DNA of 64,000 bases from a virus (IMGVR_UViG_2974753081_000001:32001-96000), one strand, 5' to 3'; numbered from the stretch's first letter, positions 29,595-39,240 are shown. Numbers and translations are program-made. Notes: generated by a model not told the origin, from the sequence alone.

Positions 29595-30311
29595 ATGTCG
29601 GAGTTGGTGACCCGCGAACAGCTGCGGACCGCCCTGGAGGGCGGCGCGAGCTACGCGGAGATCGTCAAGACGGTCACGGCAGACGCCGCTGCTGTCGAGC
29701 CCAAGAAGCGGTCGAACCTGGCGAAGCGCAAGGCGGCGTTCGTGGAGGCCGTGGCCAAGAGCGACCGGAAGGTGCTCGCTCGGTTGCGCCGGGGCATGAA
29801 GGCGTATGTGTCCTCGATGGCCGATGTCGAGATGACTGAGCCGCGCGAGCTGACCCACGACGAGGCTGTGGCCCTGATGACCGAGGCCGTCACCCGGACC
29901 GAGATCGACGAGTTCCTGGAGTCTCGCAAGGACACGATCAAGTCCCTGGTGTTCGCCAGCATCGAGGAGTCTCTGCGGGCGAAGGGTGTCGAGGACCCCG
30001 AGGCGCACGGCGGATCGCTGTATGTGCCCGAGCTGGGCAAGGTGTTCAAGAAGGAGGGTGCGGGCTTCAAGCCTGCGCAGCTGGACCAGAAGGCACTGCG
30101 CTCGCTGCTCGGCGACGACGCGGACAAGGTGTTCGTCCAGGAGACCATCCCGGCCAAGACCGTGACCGTGCTCGACGAGGAGGCCCTGGGCAAGCTGATC
30201 ATGGACAAGCCGGAGGTCCTGGAGACCGTGCGGCAGGCGCTGCTCCCCGGCGAGCTGAAGTCGGCTCGCTTTGTTATTCGGGACTACACCCCCGGCGAGG
30301 AGGAGCAGTGA
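29595..30311 (+). CDS. hypothetical protein (coiled-coil, possibly Gam/Gp157-like DNA-binding)
   Basis: GAGGAGG RBS; helical charged sequence. Confidence 0.6.
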   Translation: MSELVTREQLRTALEGGASYAEIVKTVTADAAAVEPKKRSNLAKRKAAFVEAVAKSDRKVLARLRRGMKAYVSSMADVEMTEPRELTHDEAVALMTEAVTRTEIDEFLESRKDTIKSLVFASIEESLRAKGVEDPEAHGGSLYVPELGKVFKKEGAGFKPAQLDQKALRSLLGDDADKVFVQETIPAKTVTVLDEEALGKLIMDKPEVLETVRQALLPGELKSARFVIRDYTPGEEEQ

Positions 30312-30493
30312 GCGTTCCCGTTCTGTTCTATGGACTGGCCGTCGTGTCGTTCATCCTGTTCCTCTGGTCGGGCGCTGCATCCTCGGTGGCTCGTGACGAC
30401 AATGAGCCCGACGCGATGAAGTTCCTGCTGGCGCTCTCGCTGGTGTGCCTGATCGCGACGCCGGTCCTGGTCGCGGTGGGGGCTGGTGTCTGA
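30308..30493 (+). CDS. two-TM membrane protein
   Basis: Two hydrophobic segments; GTGA overlap. Confidence 0.6.
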   Translation: MSVPVLFYGLAVVSFILFLWSGAASSVARDDNEPDAMKFLLALSLVCLIATPVLVAVGAGV

Positions 30494-30954
30494 TGGGCGT
30501 CAACGCAGTCATCTACGCCACGGGGGTCACTCCCGCCCAGCGCGACCTGGCCGAGGCGCAAATAGCCGAGATCATGCGCTACAAGCTGAAGGACCTCGTG
30601 GTTCCGGACAGGCCGCAGTGGAAGGGCGACCCCGGAACCCCGCGCTACAAGAGCCACTACCTGACGTTTGCCTCCGAGGAGTCCTGGAGCCATTCGTGGA
30701 AGGAGGGCGATCTCGACACGCTGGAAGTGCGGACATTCCTGCGCTGGCCGCAGCGCGGGTGGTGGCCCGACCTGTACGCGCTGATCCGGGCCTTCCAGGC
30801 GTCGCTCCCCGAGGGCACCCCGGTGTACTTCGCGCCGGACTCCAGTTGCTCATTCGACGCTGATCCAGAGACTCTGGTGACTCCCGAGCGCATGGAAGCG
30901 ATCTGGCGGGAGTTCCTGCTCGCCGATCAGGACAGCTACTACACCAAGCTATGA
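30493..30954 (+). CDS. hypothetical protein
   Basis: TGATG overlap. Confidence 0.6.
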   Translation: MGVNAVIYATGVTPAQRDLAEAQIAEIMRYKLKDLVVPDRPQWKGDPGTPRYKSHYLTFASEESWSHSWKEGDLDTLEVRTFLRWPQRGWWPDLYALIRAFQASLPEGTPVYFAPDSSCSFDADPETLVTPERMEAIWREFLLADQDSYYTKL

Positions 30955-31163
30955 GCGGGGTCATCGTCACCGCCGACACGCGGGTGGCCGACATGGTGTA
31001 CTTCGACCGGACCGACCGGGAGGGTTGGTACGAGGCCGACTGTCTGTTCATCGGCTGCGACTGGCACGCCTCCGGGACGGAGTCGAACGTCGAGGAAGCG
31101 GCCTACGACCACGTTCAGCGGGTTCACCCAGTCGAGAACTACATCGGGAGGCATCGGCGATGA
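30951..31163 (+). CDS. small C2H2-like zinc-binding protein
   Basis: CLFIGC...HVQRVH. Confidence 0.55.
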   Translation: MSGVIVTADTRVADMVYFDRTDREGWYEADCLFIGCDWHASGTESNVEEAAYDHVQRVHPVENYIGRHRR

Positions 31164-31468
31164 AGCCCGAGGAGCGCCTGCTGTCAGAGGCAGGGGTCGA
31201 GGTCACTTACACCACCGCCGAGGTCGCGCGCATCTTCAGGAAGACCCGGCAGTGGGTGCTCTGGGGGTTGAAGGACGGCAAGTTCGTGGACGCCGAGGGC
31301 AATCCGTTGCAGCCGCGCATGGTCGAGGATCGGTACATCTGGACCAAGGACGAGGTCACCGACATCGCCGTCTCTTGTCACAACCGGCGCACAATAGACA
31401 TCGAGGAGCTGAAGCGGATCGTCCGCAAGCTCATCAAGGACACCGGAGCCATCAATGGAAAATACTGA
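31160..31468 (+). CDS. helix-turn-helix DNA-binding protein (MerR/excisionase-like)
   Basis: 'YTTAEVARIFRKTRQWV'. Confidence 0.7.
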   Translation: MKPEERLLSEAGVEVTYTTAEVARIFRKTRQWVLWGLKDGKFVDAEGNPLQPRMVEDRYIWTKDEVTDIAVSCHNRRTIDIEELKRIVRKLIKDTGAINGKY

Positions 31469-32399
31469 GCGCCTGGCGCTGTTCGACGGCAACAACCTGC
31501 TGCACCGGGCTTATCACGCGATGGCTCAGGCGCAGCTTTCCGATGCTCGCGGGCGTCCGACCGGCGCGCTGTACGGAGCGACGAAGGCACTGCTCGGGTA
31601 TCTGCGCGAGCTGTCTCCCACCCACATGGTGTGGTTCTTCGACCACGGCAAGTCCGACATGCGGCTGGCGCTGCGGGAGGACTACAAGGGGCACCGCAAG
31701 TATTCGTCGGTTGTTCCCAAGGCCGATCCGCAGACCGAGCTGCCTCCGCAGATAGATGCGTTCCGCGAGCTGCTGACGCTGCTGGGCATCCCGAACGTGT
31801 CGCAGCGCGGTGTCGAGGCTGACGACCTCATCGCTCGCGCGGTCAAGGTGCTGCCGTGGCCGGACCAGGTCGCCGAGACCGTCATCGTCTCCAGCGACCA
31901 CGACCTGCTCCAGCTCGTCTCGGGCAACCCGGTCGTGAAGGTGTACCGGCCCGGCGAGAAGCCGGAGCGGACCGGTGGCTCGGTCGGCCTCGGAGGGCTG
32001 CGGACGCCGCCGATGGGAGTCATGTACGGGGTGCCGGATGTGATCTCCAAGTACAACCTGCCGCCGACCAAGCTCGCGGAGATGTGGGCGTTGACCGGGG
32101 ATGCGGGAGACAACATCTCCGGCATTCACGGCGTCGGCCCCAAGACCGCTGCGAAGTGGATGAACAAGCACGGCTCCCTGCCGTCGGTTCTCGCGTACGA
32201 GTCGAAGTGCGACGGCATGGAGTACCACTGCTGGGTGAACTACCAGATGATCCAGCTCGACGGCTCTATCGGCGAGATTGACCTTGATCTGGAGGACTGC
32301 CGCGTGTTGCCTACGCTGGCTGCTGGTCAGCTCTCCGAGCTGGCGACGAAGTTCTGTGCCACCTACGGCATGGAATCGCTGATCAAGGAGGGCGCGTGA
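31455..32399 (+). CDS. 5'-3' exonuclease / flap endonuclease (PolI N-terminal-like)
   Basis: DGNNLLHRAYHA, YKGHR, EADD, SSDHD, GDAGDNISGIHGVGPKTA. Confidence 0.9.
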   Translation: MENTERLALFDGNNLLHRAYHAMAQAQLSDARGRPTGALYGATKALLGYLRELSPTHMVWFFDHGKSDMRLALREDYKGHRKYSSVVPKADPQTELPPQIDAFRELLTLLGIPNVSQRGVEADDLIARAVKVLPWPDQVAETVIVSSDHDLLQLVSGNPVVKVYRPGEKPERTGGSVGLGGLRTPPMGVMYGVPDVISKYNLPPTKLAEMWALTGDAGDNISGIHGVGPKTAAKWMNKHGSLPSVLAYESKCDGMEYHCWVNYQMIQLDGSIGEIDLDLEDCRVLPTLAAGQLSELATKFCATYGMESLIKEGA

Positions 32400-33460
32400 C
32401 GACCCCTGACCTGCAGCAGCAGTTCACCAGGTGGCGAGAGACCTATGACAGGCGGGTGGACCGTCCGGCAGCGGAACCTCCGCTTGTCGTCGGGGCCAAG
32501 CATCATTTTCTGATGACCTCGGAGCGACAGGCGCTTCGGGACTTCACGGGCGGCGGCGGGCTGATGCCTGTCGGTCATGCTCAGGACCAGGTGGTCGAGG
32601 CGGTGACCGATCTGGCGCAGCACTTCTACCAGCTCGGTCCGTTCGGCGATCTGATCCAGGGCATCCAGATGGAGTATCTGTCGTGGTTGTCGAAGCACTT
32701 CCACCCCGAGTGGCGGTTCCGGTTCTACTCCAGCGAGAACGAGGCACTGATGCTCGTCGGCGACGCTGTCGGCGTGGCCCCCTGGGAGCTGGAGTGGATC
32801 AATCGCGAACCTCCGCTGCGACCTCAGGACACCCACCCCAAGGGCGGCACTCCGAAGGCAGTGCTGGTCTCGCCGGTCGACCCGCTGACCTACCAGGAGG
32901 TGGACGAGAACGAGCTGAATCGGGTGGCGCTGCTGCATGAGCAGGGCGTCAAAGTCGTCTGGGACGAGACTGTGCTCGGCATGGGGTGGCGGGGCACCTC
33001 GGTGTTCGGTACCCCGCACTACGCCGATGCCGTCGTGCTGGGCGGCGCTCTCGGCGGCGGCATGCCGCTGGCTGCCATCGGAGGTCGCGATCTGTCGGAT
33101 ACGTGGTCGGAGGATCGCACTGGGGGTTCGGGGCTCGCCTTCACTGCGGGGCTTCACACCCTGCGGCAGCTCATGGTCCAATCGTCCAAGCCGGACATGG
33201 CTCACATCGTGGAGCGCCTGGACGACGAGCTGAACCGACTGCCCGTTCAGCTGGACGGGTTCGGATTGCTCCGGAGTCTGCGGTTCCCGACCGATAGGAT
33301 CGCAGATGAGTTCGTGGGGGCCTGCCGTCGGCAGGACGTGCTGCTGTCGCGGCACGGGAATTTCGTCAGGATCGCTTTCCCGACGATCTGCGAGCTTCAG
33401 GACGTGGACGACCTGATCGTTCGCTTGACCGAGGCGCTGAAGGAGATAGAGCCGAGATGA
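32396..33460 (+). CDS. class-III aminotransferase-like protein lacking the PLP-binding lysine
   Basis: 'DFTGG...PVGH', 'WDETVLGMGWRG', 'DAVVLGGALGGGMPLAA', 'NFVRIAFP'. Confidence 0.7.
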   Translation: MTTPDLQQQFTRWRETYDRRVDRPAAEPPLVVGAKHHFLMTSERQALRDFTGGGGLMPVGHAQDQVVEAVTDLAQHFYQLGPFGDLIQGIQMEYLSWLSKHFHPEWRFRFYSSENEALMLVGDAVGVAPWELEWINREPPLRPQDTHPKGGTPKAVLVSPVDPLTYQEVDENELNRVALLHEQGVKVVWDETVLGMGWRGTSVFGTPHYADAVVLGGALGGGMPLAAIGGRDLSDTWSEDRTGGSGLAFTAGLHTLRQLMVQSSKPDMAHIVERLDDELNRLPVQLDGFGLLRSLRFPTDRIADEFVGACRRQDVLLSRHGNFVRIAFPTICELQDVDDLIVRLTEALKEIEPR

Positions 33461-33810
33461 CGGACGAACGGGATGAGCGAATCAACCTCGGGCTGGAGGG
33501 GAACCAGGTGCTGCAGAAGTACCTGGCGAAGAAGTCCGTGGAGATGGCCGAGCTACGATTCGAGTGCAACGTCGCCAGCTACACCGGCTTCGTGACCGGT
33601 CTCGACCAGGAGTGGGTGAAGCTGACCTCCACCGATTCCGAGGACAACCTGAATCCCATTCTGCTGCGGCTCGATAGCGTGAACTCGGTCTCTGAGACCG
33701 GGCGCAGAATGTACGACATGGGGCGTCAGGATGCCGAGCAGATCAAGGCTTTCACCGGCCTGTTCCGCAAGGCGTCCAACGGTGAGCTGTCCCGTGTGAA
33801 GCTCGCCTAG
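33457..33810 (+). CDS. hypothetical protein, possible Sm/Hfq-like fold
   Basis: Helix followed by 'YTGFVTGLDQEWVKL...ILLRLDSVNSV' pattern. Confidence 0.5.
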   Translation: MTDERDERINLGLEGNQVLQKYLAKKSVEMAELRFECNVASYTGFVTGLDQEWVKLTSTDSEDNLNPILLRLDSVNSVSETGRRMYDMGRQDAEQIKAFTGLFRKASNGELSRVKLA

Positions 33811-33846
33811 CCCCACCGACCCCCGACCAATCTTAGGAGCACAATC

Positions 33847-34239
33847 GTGGAACGACCCGACCCACTGGAGCGGTACATGGACTGCCGCGTCGAGGAGATG
33901 ACTCCCTCGGAGATGGCGAGCTACATGAAGCTGTACCTGCGCAATCGGTACAACCTGGAGCTGCCAATGGACGGCATCAAGGAGCGCAAGACCTTCGAGG
34001 CGTTCCGGAAGCGGTATCCCGACGGCGTCGCTGGCCGCATCCTGCAGTGGGTGATGATGCACCACCAGGGGCGCAAGGACGGCGAGTACGTCACCAGCGC
34101 GTTCTTCTCGGCGGCGTTCTCGTGGTGGACGGACAAGATGTTCATGGAGCTGCAGCAGGCCGAGCTGCGGGCGAAGAACGCTCAGGTCGGCGCACACAAG
34201 CTTCAGTCCGCGTTCCTCGACGCCGACTCGATGGCGTGA
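33847..34239 (+). CDS. hypothetical replication protein (upstream partner of DnaC)
   Basis: AGGAG RBS; coupled to the DnaC-like gene. Confidence 0.55.
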   Translation: MERPDPLERYMDCRVEEMTPSEMASYMKLYLRNRYNLELPMDGIKERKTFEAFRKRYPDGVAGRILQWVMMHHQGRKDGEYVTSAFFSAAFSWWTDKMFMELQQAELRAKNAQVGAHKLQSAFLDADSMA

Positions 34240-35021
34240 TGGACATCCGCAACCGCTACCTCTCCGAGGCTGAGGCGCGGCGGCTGTATCGCGACCACCC
34301 TCAGGTGAAGCGGAGTCCGGTGAAGTACTGCCCGACTTGCTCGCTGGAGAGGACCTACGTCTGGCGCGGCGAGACTCGTGACTGCGATTGTGAGCTGCAG
34401 CTCCAGCTGCACAAGCACTACCTCGCGGCGGGCATCGGCGTGAACTACCAGCGGCTGTCCTGGGACGACTACGAGGGCGATCCCAAGATCAAGGTGATGT
34501 GCGACAAGTACATGGCTCGGCACGAGGCGTATGTCGGGAAGGGCATCGGCCTGCTGCTGCACGGCGAGGTCGGCACCGGCAAGACCTTCGGCGCGACCAT
34601 GCTGCTGAAGGACCTCATCAAAGCCGGATATGCTTGTTACTCAACAACTTTCGCGTCTATGATCGAGATGTTCACGGCGGGCTGGAAGTCGAAGGACGAC
34701 CAGCGATACTTCCAAGAAAAAATTGTGTTCTCGGACGTGCTGCTACTCGATGACCTCGGTCGCGAGCTGCGGACCAAGAACAAGCTCTCGGAGTCGACGT
34801 TCGATGATGTGCTCCGGCGGCGGGTTCAGGATGGACGGCCCACGTTCATCACCACGAACATGAACCTGATCGAGATGCAGGAGGGCTACGGCGCGGCGGT
34901 GCTCTCGCTGCTCAGCGAGAAGTCGGTCGCCTATCAGGTGTCCGGCGACGACTACCGCCCTCGCGCCAACCGGCGGATGGTCCAGGAGGTCCAGGACGGC
35001 GAGTGCCGCCCCATCTTCTAG
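34239..35021 (+). CDS. dnaC: DnaC/IstB-like helicase loader ATPase
   Basis: CxxC...CDC Zn site, GEVGTGKT, LLLDDLG, FITTN, GDDYR. Confidence 0.85.
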   Translation: MDIRNRYLSEAEARRLYRDHPQVKRSPVKYCPTCSLERTYVWRGETRDCDCELQLQLHKHYLAAGIGVNYQRLSWDDYEGDPKIKVMCDKYMARHEAYVGKGIGLLLHGEVGTGKTFGATMLLKDLIKAGYACYSTTFASMIEMFTAGWKSKDDQRYFQEKIVFSDVLLLDDLGRELRTKNKLSESTFDDVLRRRVQDGRPTFITTNMNLIEMQEGYGAAVLSLLSEKSVAYQVSGDDYRPRANRRMVQEVQDGECRPIF

Positions 35022-35058
35022 TCCTTCCCACACCCCGACCACTGATGGAGAACCACCC

Positions 35059-36327
35059 ATGATGGAGCTGGAGAAGGCGACCCTGTCGCGCCTCACCTCC
35101 CCCGACGCGGTCCGGCAGTGCTGGGACCTCGGCCTGCGGGCCGACGTTTTCGAGGATCCGCACAACGCCCGCATCTACCAATTCGTCATCGACTACTGGC
35201 TCGACTCATCGATGCGCTCTGCGCCTACCGAGCGCGTCATCACCACCGAGTTCCCCGGCTTCGTCTCCGTCGACAACGACGAGTCGCTGACCTGGCTGGT
35301 GGGCAAGCTGCAGGACCGCTACCGGGCTAATCAGGTGCAGGAGGTCCTGCGCGCTGCTGCCCAGATGTCGGTCGAAGACCCCGAGGGCGCGCTCGCGGAG
35401 ATGTACAACAGCTCGCACCGCATCCGCGAGACCGTGCTCCCCCGGCAGGACCGGGTCGTCGTCCACGAGACCATCGAGTCCCGGCGCGATCGTTACCTGC
35501 AGCGCAGCCACGAGGTCATCGGCGGGGCAACGCTCGGGCTCCGCGAGGTCGACGAGCACACCGGAGGCGTCTTGCCAGGCGAGGTCGCCATCGTCGCGGC
35601 CTACACCAAGACCGGCAAGAGCTTCATGCTGGTGAACGCAGCAGTCGAGGCTGCCAAGCAGGGGTGGGTGCCCTACATCGCCACCCTGGAGCAGAACATC
35701 CCTGAGTTCGAGGACCGCATCGATGCGTTCTACTCCGGCGTCGGCTACGGCGATCTCACGCACGGCAGGCTGTCCCCGGAGGCGCTGCGGCAGCTGTACG
35801 AGGCTCAGGATCGGATGCGCGACGAGAACCACCTGATCCACCTGGAGCGTCCGGGGCGCGGAGATCGCACCGTGGTCAACCTGGTGAACCGGGCTCGGCA
35901 GGTCGGGGCCAACTACCTGGTCATCGACCAGTTGTCCTGGATGGACGCCAAGAGCCGACACCGCGACCGGCGGGACCGCTACGAGGAGCTGATCTACGAC
36001 CTGAAGGAGGAGGTATCGCGCGCGTCGGCGGGTGAGATTCCCTGTTTCATGGCCGTGCAGTACAACCGCCAGGCCGTCTCGACCAAGGGTGAGACTGGTG
36101 GGCTGCACAACATCGCGAACTCCGCCGACATCGAGCAGACCGTCGACATCGCCTACGGCCTGCACCGGACCGAGGAGATGCGCGCCAACAACGCGATGGT
36201 CCTGAAGACGCTGGGCTCCCGGCGTGGCGACATCCGCAACTGGCTGCTCGGCTGGTACCTGGACGAGGAGACCCGCATATTCGTCCGCGACGAGTTCGAC
36301 GGCGACGAGGGCGGGGGCGAGGAGTGA
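35059..36327 (+). CDS. dnaB: DnaB-like replicative helicase
   Basis: AYTKTGKS, VIDQL, QYNR, SADIEQ. Confidence 0.85.
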   Translation: MMELEKATLSRLTSPDAVRQCWDLGLRADVFEDPHNARIYQFVIDYWLDSSMRSAPTERVITTEFPGFVSVDNDESLTWLVGKLQDRYRANQVQEVLRAAAQMSVEDPEGALAEMYNSSHRIRETVLPRQDRVVVHETIESRRDRYLQRSHEVIGGATLGLREVDEHTGGVLPGEVAIVAAYTKTGKSFMLVNAAVEAAKQGWVPYIATLEQNIPEFEDRIDAFYSGVGYGDLTHGRLSPEALRQLYEAQDRMRDENHLIHLERPGRGDRTVVNLVNRARQVGANYLVIDQLSWMDAKSRHRDRRDRYEELIYDLKEEVSRASAGEIPCFMAVQYNRQAVSTKGETGGLHNIANSADIEQTVDIAYGLHRTEEMRANNAMVLKTLGSRRGDIRNWLLGWYLDEETRIFVRDEFDGDEGGGEE

Positions 36328-37418
36328 AGGGCCTCGGAGGTCTGTCTCGCCGCGAGGAGGCCCAGTCCATGCGCAAGGAGTACCTGCGGCGCATCGACGC
36401 GCAGGCGGTGCTCGACCACTACGGCGCGCAGAACGCTCACCAGGTCGGGGACGAGGTCATCCACTCGTGCCTGCTCGACCGCGTGGACCCGCACCACCAG
36501 AACGGCGATGCGAACCCGTCGGCGAGCCTGAACGTCGAGAAGAAGGTCTACAACTGCTATTCCTACGGCGGCGGCGACATCCTGTGGTTCATCGCGAAGA
36601 TGGAGGGCAAGGAGGACATCGGCCAGATCGTTCCGTTCCTCAGCGATTTTCTCGGGGACTCGACGGTCGACGTATCGACGTTCCTGGAGGAGCTGGAGGG
36701 GTACCTGAAGGCTCCACAGGCGACCGAGGAGCTTCAGACGTACCACCCTCGCGTGCTTCAGCGGTGGGCCAAGTACCACCCGTACCTTCGCAGCCGAGGC
36801 ATCTCCAAGGAGACGGCGGTCGAGTTCAAGCTGGGGTACGACGAGCGCAACGCTCGCATCACCATTCCGCACTGGGTGGACGGCAAGCTCGTCGGCTGGC
36901 AGCGGCGTTCGCTGTCGGACCCGCGCTGGCCTCAGACCGAGGTCGAGCGGGCTCCGGATGGAACCGAGCTGGATGGCGGGCGCATCCCGAAGTACAAGAA
37001 CAGCACGAACTTCCCGAAGGACACGACGCTGTATCGCTACGACGCGGTACGCGATGAGCGGGCGGTCATCGTGGTCGAGTCTCCGATGTCGGTCGCCAAG
37101 GCTCACAGCTGTGGCATCACCAATGTCGTCGCTACCTTCGGATCGAAGGTCAACGACGCCCAGGTCGCGAAGCTGCGGTCCTTCGGGCAGGTGATCGTGT
37201 GGTTCGACGCCGACCCGGCGGGCGAGTACGGCGCGTATCGACTGATCGAGGGTCTGTATCGGCACACGATGGTCACCCACGTGATTCCGGAGCCGGGCAA
37301 GGACATGGCCGACTACGACCGGGACGGGATGATGGAGCGGTTGAAACTGCCGAATATCGAGCCAGGGATTCTGGCTCTCGCACGATTGGAGAAGACCTAT
37401 GGCCGACGACAACGATGA
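36324..37418 (+). CDS. dnaG: DNA primase (Zn-binding plus TOPRIM)
   Basis: YLRSRGIS, RITIP, PKYKNS, IVVES, WFDADPAG, KD. Confidence 0.85.
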   Translation: MKGLGGLSRREEAQSMRKEYLRRIDAQAVLDHYGAQNAHQVGDEVIHSCLLDRVDPHHQNGDANPSASLNVEKKVYNCYSYGGGDILWFIAKMEGKEDIGQIVPFLSDFLGDSTVDVSTFLEELEGYLKAPQATEELQTYHPRVLQRWAKYHPYLRSRGISKETAVEFKLGYDERNARITIPHWVDGKLVGWQRRSLSDPRWPQTEVERAPDGTELDGGRIPKYKNSTNFPKDTTLYRYDAVRDERAVIVVESPMSVAKAHSCGITNVVATFGSKVNDAQVAKLRSFGQVIVWFDADPAGEYGAYRLIEGLYRHTMVTHVIPEPGKDMADYDRDGMMERLKLPNIEPGILALARLEKTYGRRQR

Positions 37419-37581
37419 GCTGAACTACGACGTCGAGATTCCCTCGGTGATCGGAGGCTTCGATGACGCTGCTGACCGAGAGGCGTTCGAGGTCATGCAG
37501 GCCGACAACGCCGCCTACGCAGAGAAGCTCAGCCAGGAGATGACCGACAAGGGCGTCCCGCCCACGAAGAAGCCGCTGTAG
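37399..37581 (+). CDS. small acidic protein
   Basis: GGAG RBS; 60 aa D/E-rich. Confidence 0.55.
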   Translation: MADDNDELNYDVEIPSVIGGFDDAADREAFEVMQADNAAYAEKLSQEMTDKGVPPTKKPL

Positions 37582-37582
37582 C

Positions 37583-38197
37583 GTGTGGCACTCCGACCTC
37601 GGGGTGGGGTTCCCGTCGACCAGTCGAGAACTGGTCCTGCGGCCCCGTAACACCGCTGACCCCAACGGCTACTACGCCGATCTCGACCTTCCCCCGTGGG
37701 CTTCAGAGCGTGAGATCGCGCGGCGCTGTCGCTGGCTGCTGTCCCGGTTTCACCCGGACGGCCCCGCCCCGAACGAGGAGCTGTACGCCCACATCGCCAT
37801 GATCTCGAAGGTTCTTCGGGACCCGGCCCAGCGATCGGTCTACGAAGCAACCCCCGAGGGGTCGGTCTACGTGGATGCCGAGGTGGTACGGAAGTTCCAA
37901 GAAGAGGGCAGGGGCGACGAGCTGGCGGCTGCCAATAAAAAATCTGCACCGTCGTACTGGACCTATCTCTCTGACCGGAAGGACTCGCGCGATCGCGAGC
38001 TGGCGGGGCAGTGGTACGAGGTGCTGCTCCGGGCGGCGTACGACGTCGGTTGGAACGGTCGTATCAGACTGCACCTGGTCTCGGATCAGGTGAATGCTGT
38101 TGTGGGAGAGGAGGTTTACGTTTGGAGGCATCGCCCGTCGTATGAGCGGGCGAGGCAATTGCTCGATCCACAGATTTCTGTCAGTGGGGTCGGGTAG
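37583..38197 (+). CDS. DnaJ-domain (J-domain) protein
   Basis: 'YYADLDL...AS..EI...FHPD...VLRDP..R..Y'. Confidence 0.75.
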   Translation: MWHSDLGVGFPSTSRELVLRPRNTADPNGYYADLDLPPWASEREIARRCRWLLSRFHPDGPAPNEELYAHIAMISKVLRDPAQRSVYEATPEGSVYVDAEVVRKFQEEGRGDELAAANKKSAPSYWTYLSDRKDSRDRELAGQWYEVLLRAAYDVGWNGRIRLHLVSDQVNAVVGEEVYVWRHRPSYERARQLLDPQISVSGVG

Positions 38198-38242
38198 CTT
38201 GGTCGATAGGTGAGAGGTCACCGACTTCGCACCCATCACCTC

Positions 38243-38290
38243 GGCTGACAAGGGCCGAAAAAATATCGAGTTGCAGGGCTGACAAGGGCC
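38243..38290 (+). repeat. 14-bp direct repeat GGCTGACAAGGGCC x2 flanking an A-tract
   Basis: Copies at 38243-38256 and 38277-38290. Confidence 0.8.
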
Positions 38291-38319
38291 ACGCATGTAC
38301 CAGAAGAAATGAGTGTGTC

Positions 38320-39240
38320 ATGGGTATCGGAATGGGAGCAGCGCAGGCTGCCGGTGAGCGCAAGGCCGCACAGGGCGGTGGCGATTTTCTCCCGATGGTG
38401 TACTGGAAGGACGACAAGTCCGGCGAGGGCAAGCAGTACAAGAAGATCGTCCGGTTCCTCACCGACGACGTCATCACGGCCAAAATCTACGGATTCGTCA
38501 AGGGCGGTCCGGAGGGTAAGGGGCGCGACTTCATCGATCCGGCCTCGCTGGTCGATGACGACGGCAAGCCGCTGTTCGAGGAGCTGGCCGGTGAGCGCGA
38601 CTACTTCCGTGAGAACAACATCAAGCTCCCCACGTACAAGGGCGACCTGAAGGACGCCAAGGACATCGCCCAGGAGCAGACGCTCGGCCTGGTCGTTCTC
38701 CGCGAGGAGTACACCGTCCGGGAGGATCGCAACGGTCGCGAGGTCGCTGTCGTCAAGATGCGCGATCTGATCGAGAAGCGCGAGTACGAGACCAAGGACG
38801 GCGAGAAGAAGACCGACGAGGGTCAGGTCATCGGCGTCGTCAAGCAGGGGTACAAGAATTTCTGGTCGACGCTGGCTGGCTATTACAACCGGTACGGCAC
38901 CATCTGCGACCGGGACTACGAGATCACCCGCAAGGGCAACGGCACCGACACCACCTACAGCATCATCCGTCTCGACAAGGACGAGGACATGCCGGACGTG
39001 GTCGACGGCGAGTCGGCGATGGCCCACTACCAGCCGCGTCTGACCCTGAAGGACTGGGTGGTTCCGAAGGCGAAGTACGACGCTGCGAAGGAGTGGCTGG
39101 AGGGCACCTCCACTTCGGCTCAGGACGGCGGCAACGACTCCCCGCGTAGCGAGGCCAAGGAGGACTCCGGGCCGGTCCGGGAGGCGTCGGGTTCGGCTGC
39201 TGCCGACCTCCGCAAGGAGCTGGAAGACTACAAGGCATAG
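38320..39240 (+). CDS. single-stranded DNA-binding protein (gp32-like)
   Basis: 'VRFL', 'DYEITRKGNGTDTTY', acidic C-tail; directly upstream of DnaE. Confidence 0.7.
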   Translation: MGIGMGAAQAAGERKAAQGGGDFLPMVYWKDDKSGEGKQYKKIVRFLTDDVITAKIYGFVKGGPEGKGRDFIDPASLVDDDGKPLFEELAGERDYFRENNIKLPTYKGDLKDAKDIAQEQTLGLVVLREEYTVREDRNGREVAVVKMRDLIEKREYETKDGEKKTDEGQVIGVVKQGYKNFWSTLAGYYNRYGTICDRDYEITRKGNGTDTTYSIIRLDKDEDMPDVVDGESAMAHYQPRLTLKDWVVPKAKYDAAKEWLEGTSTSAQDGGNDSPRSEAKEDSGPVREASGSAAADLRKELEDYKA

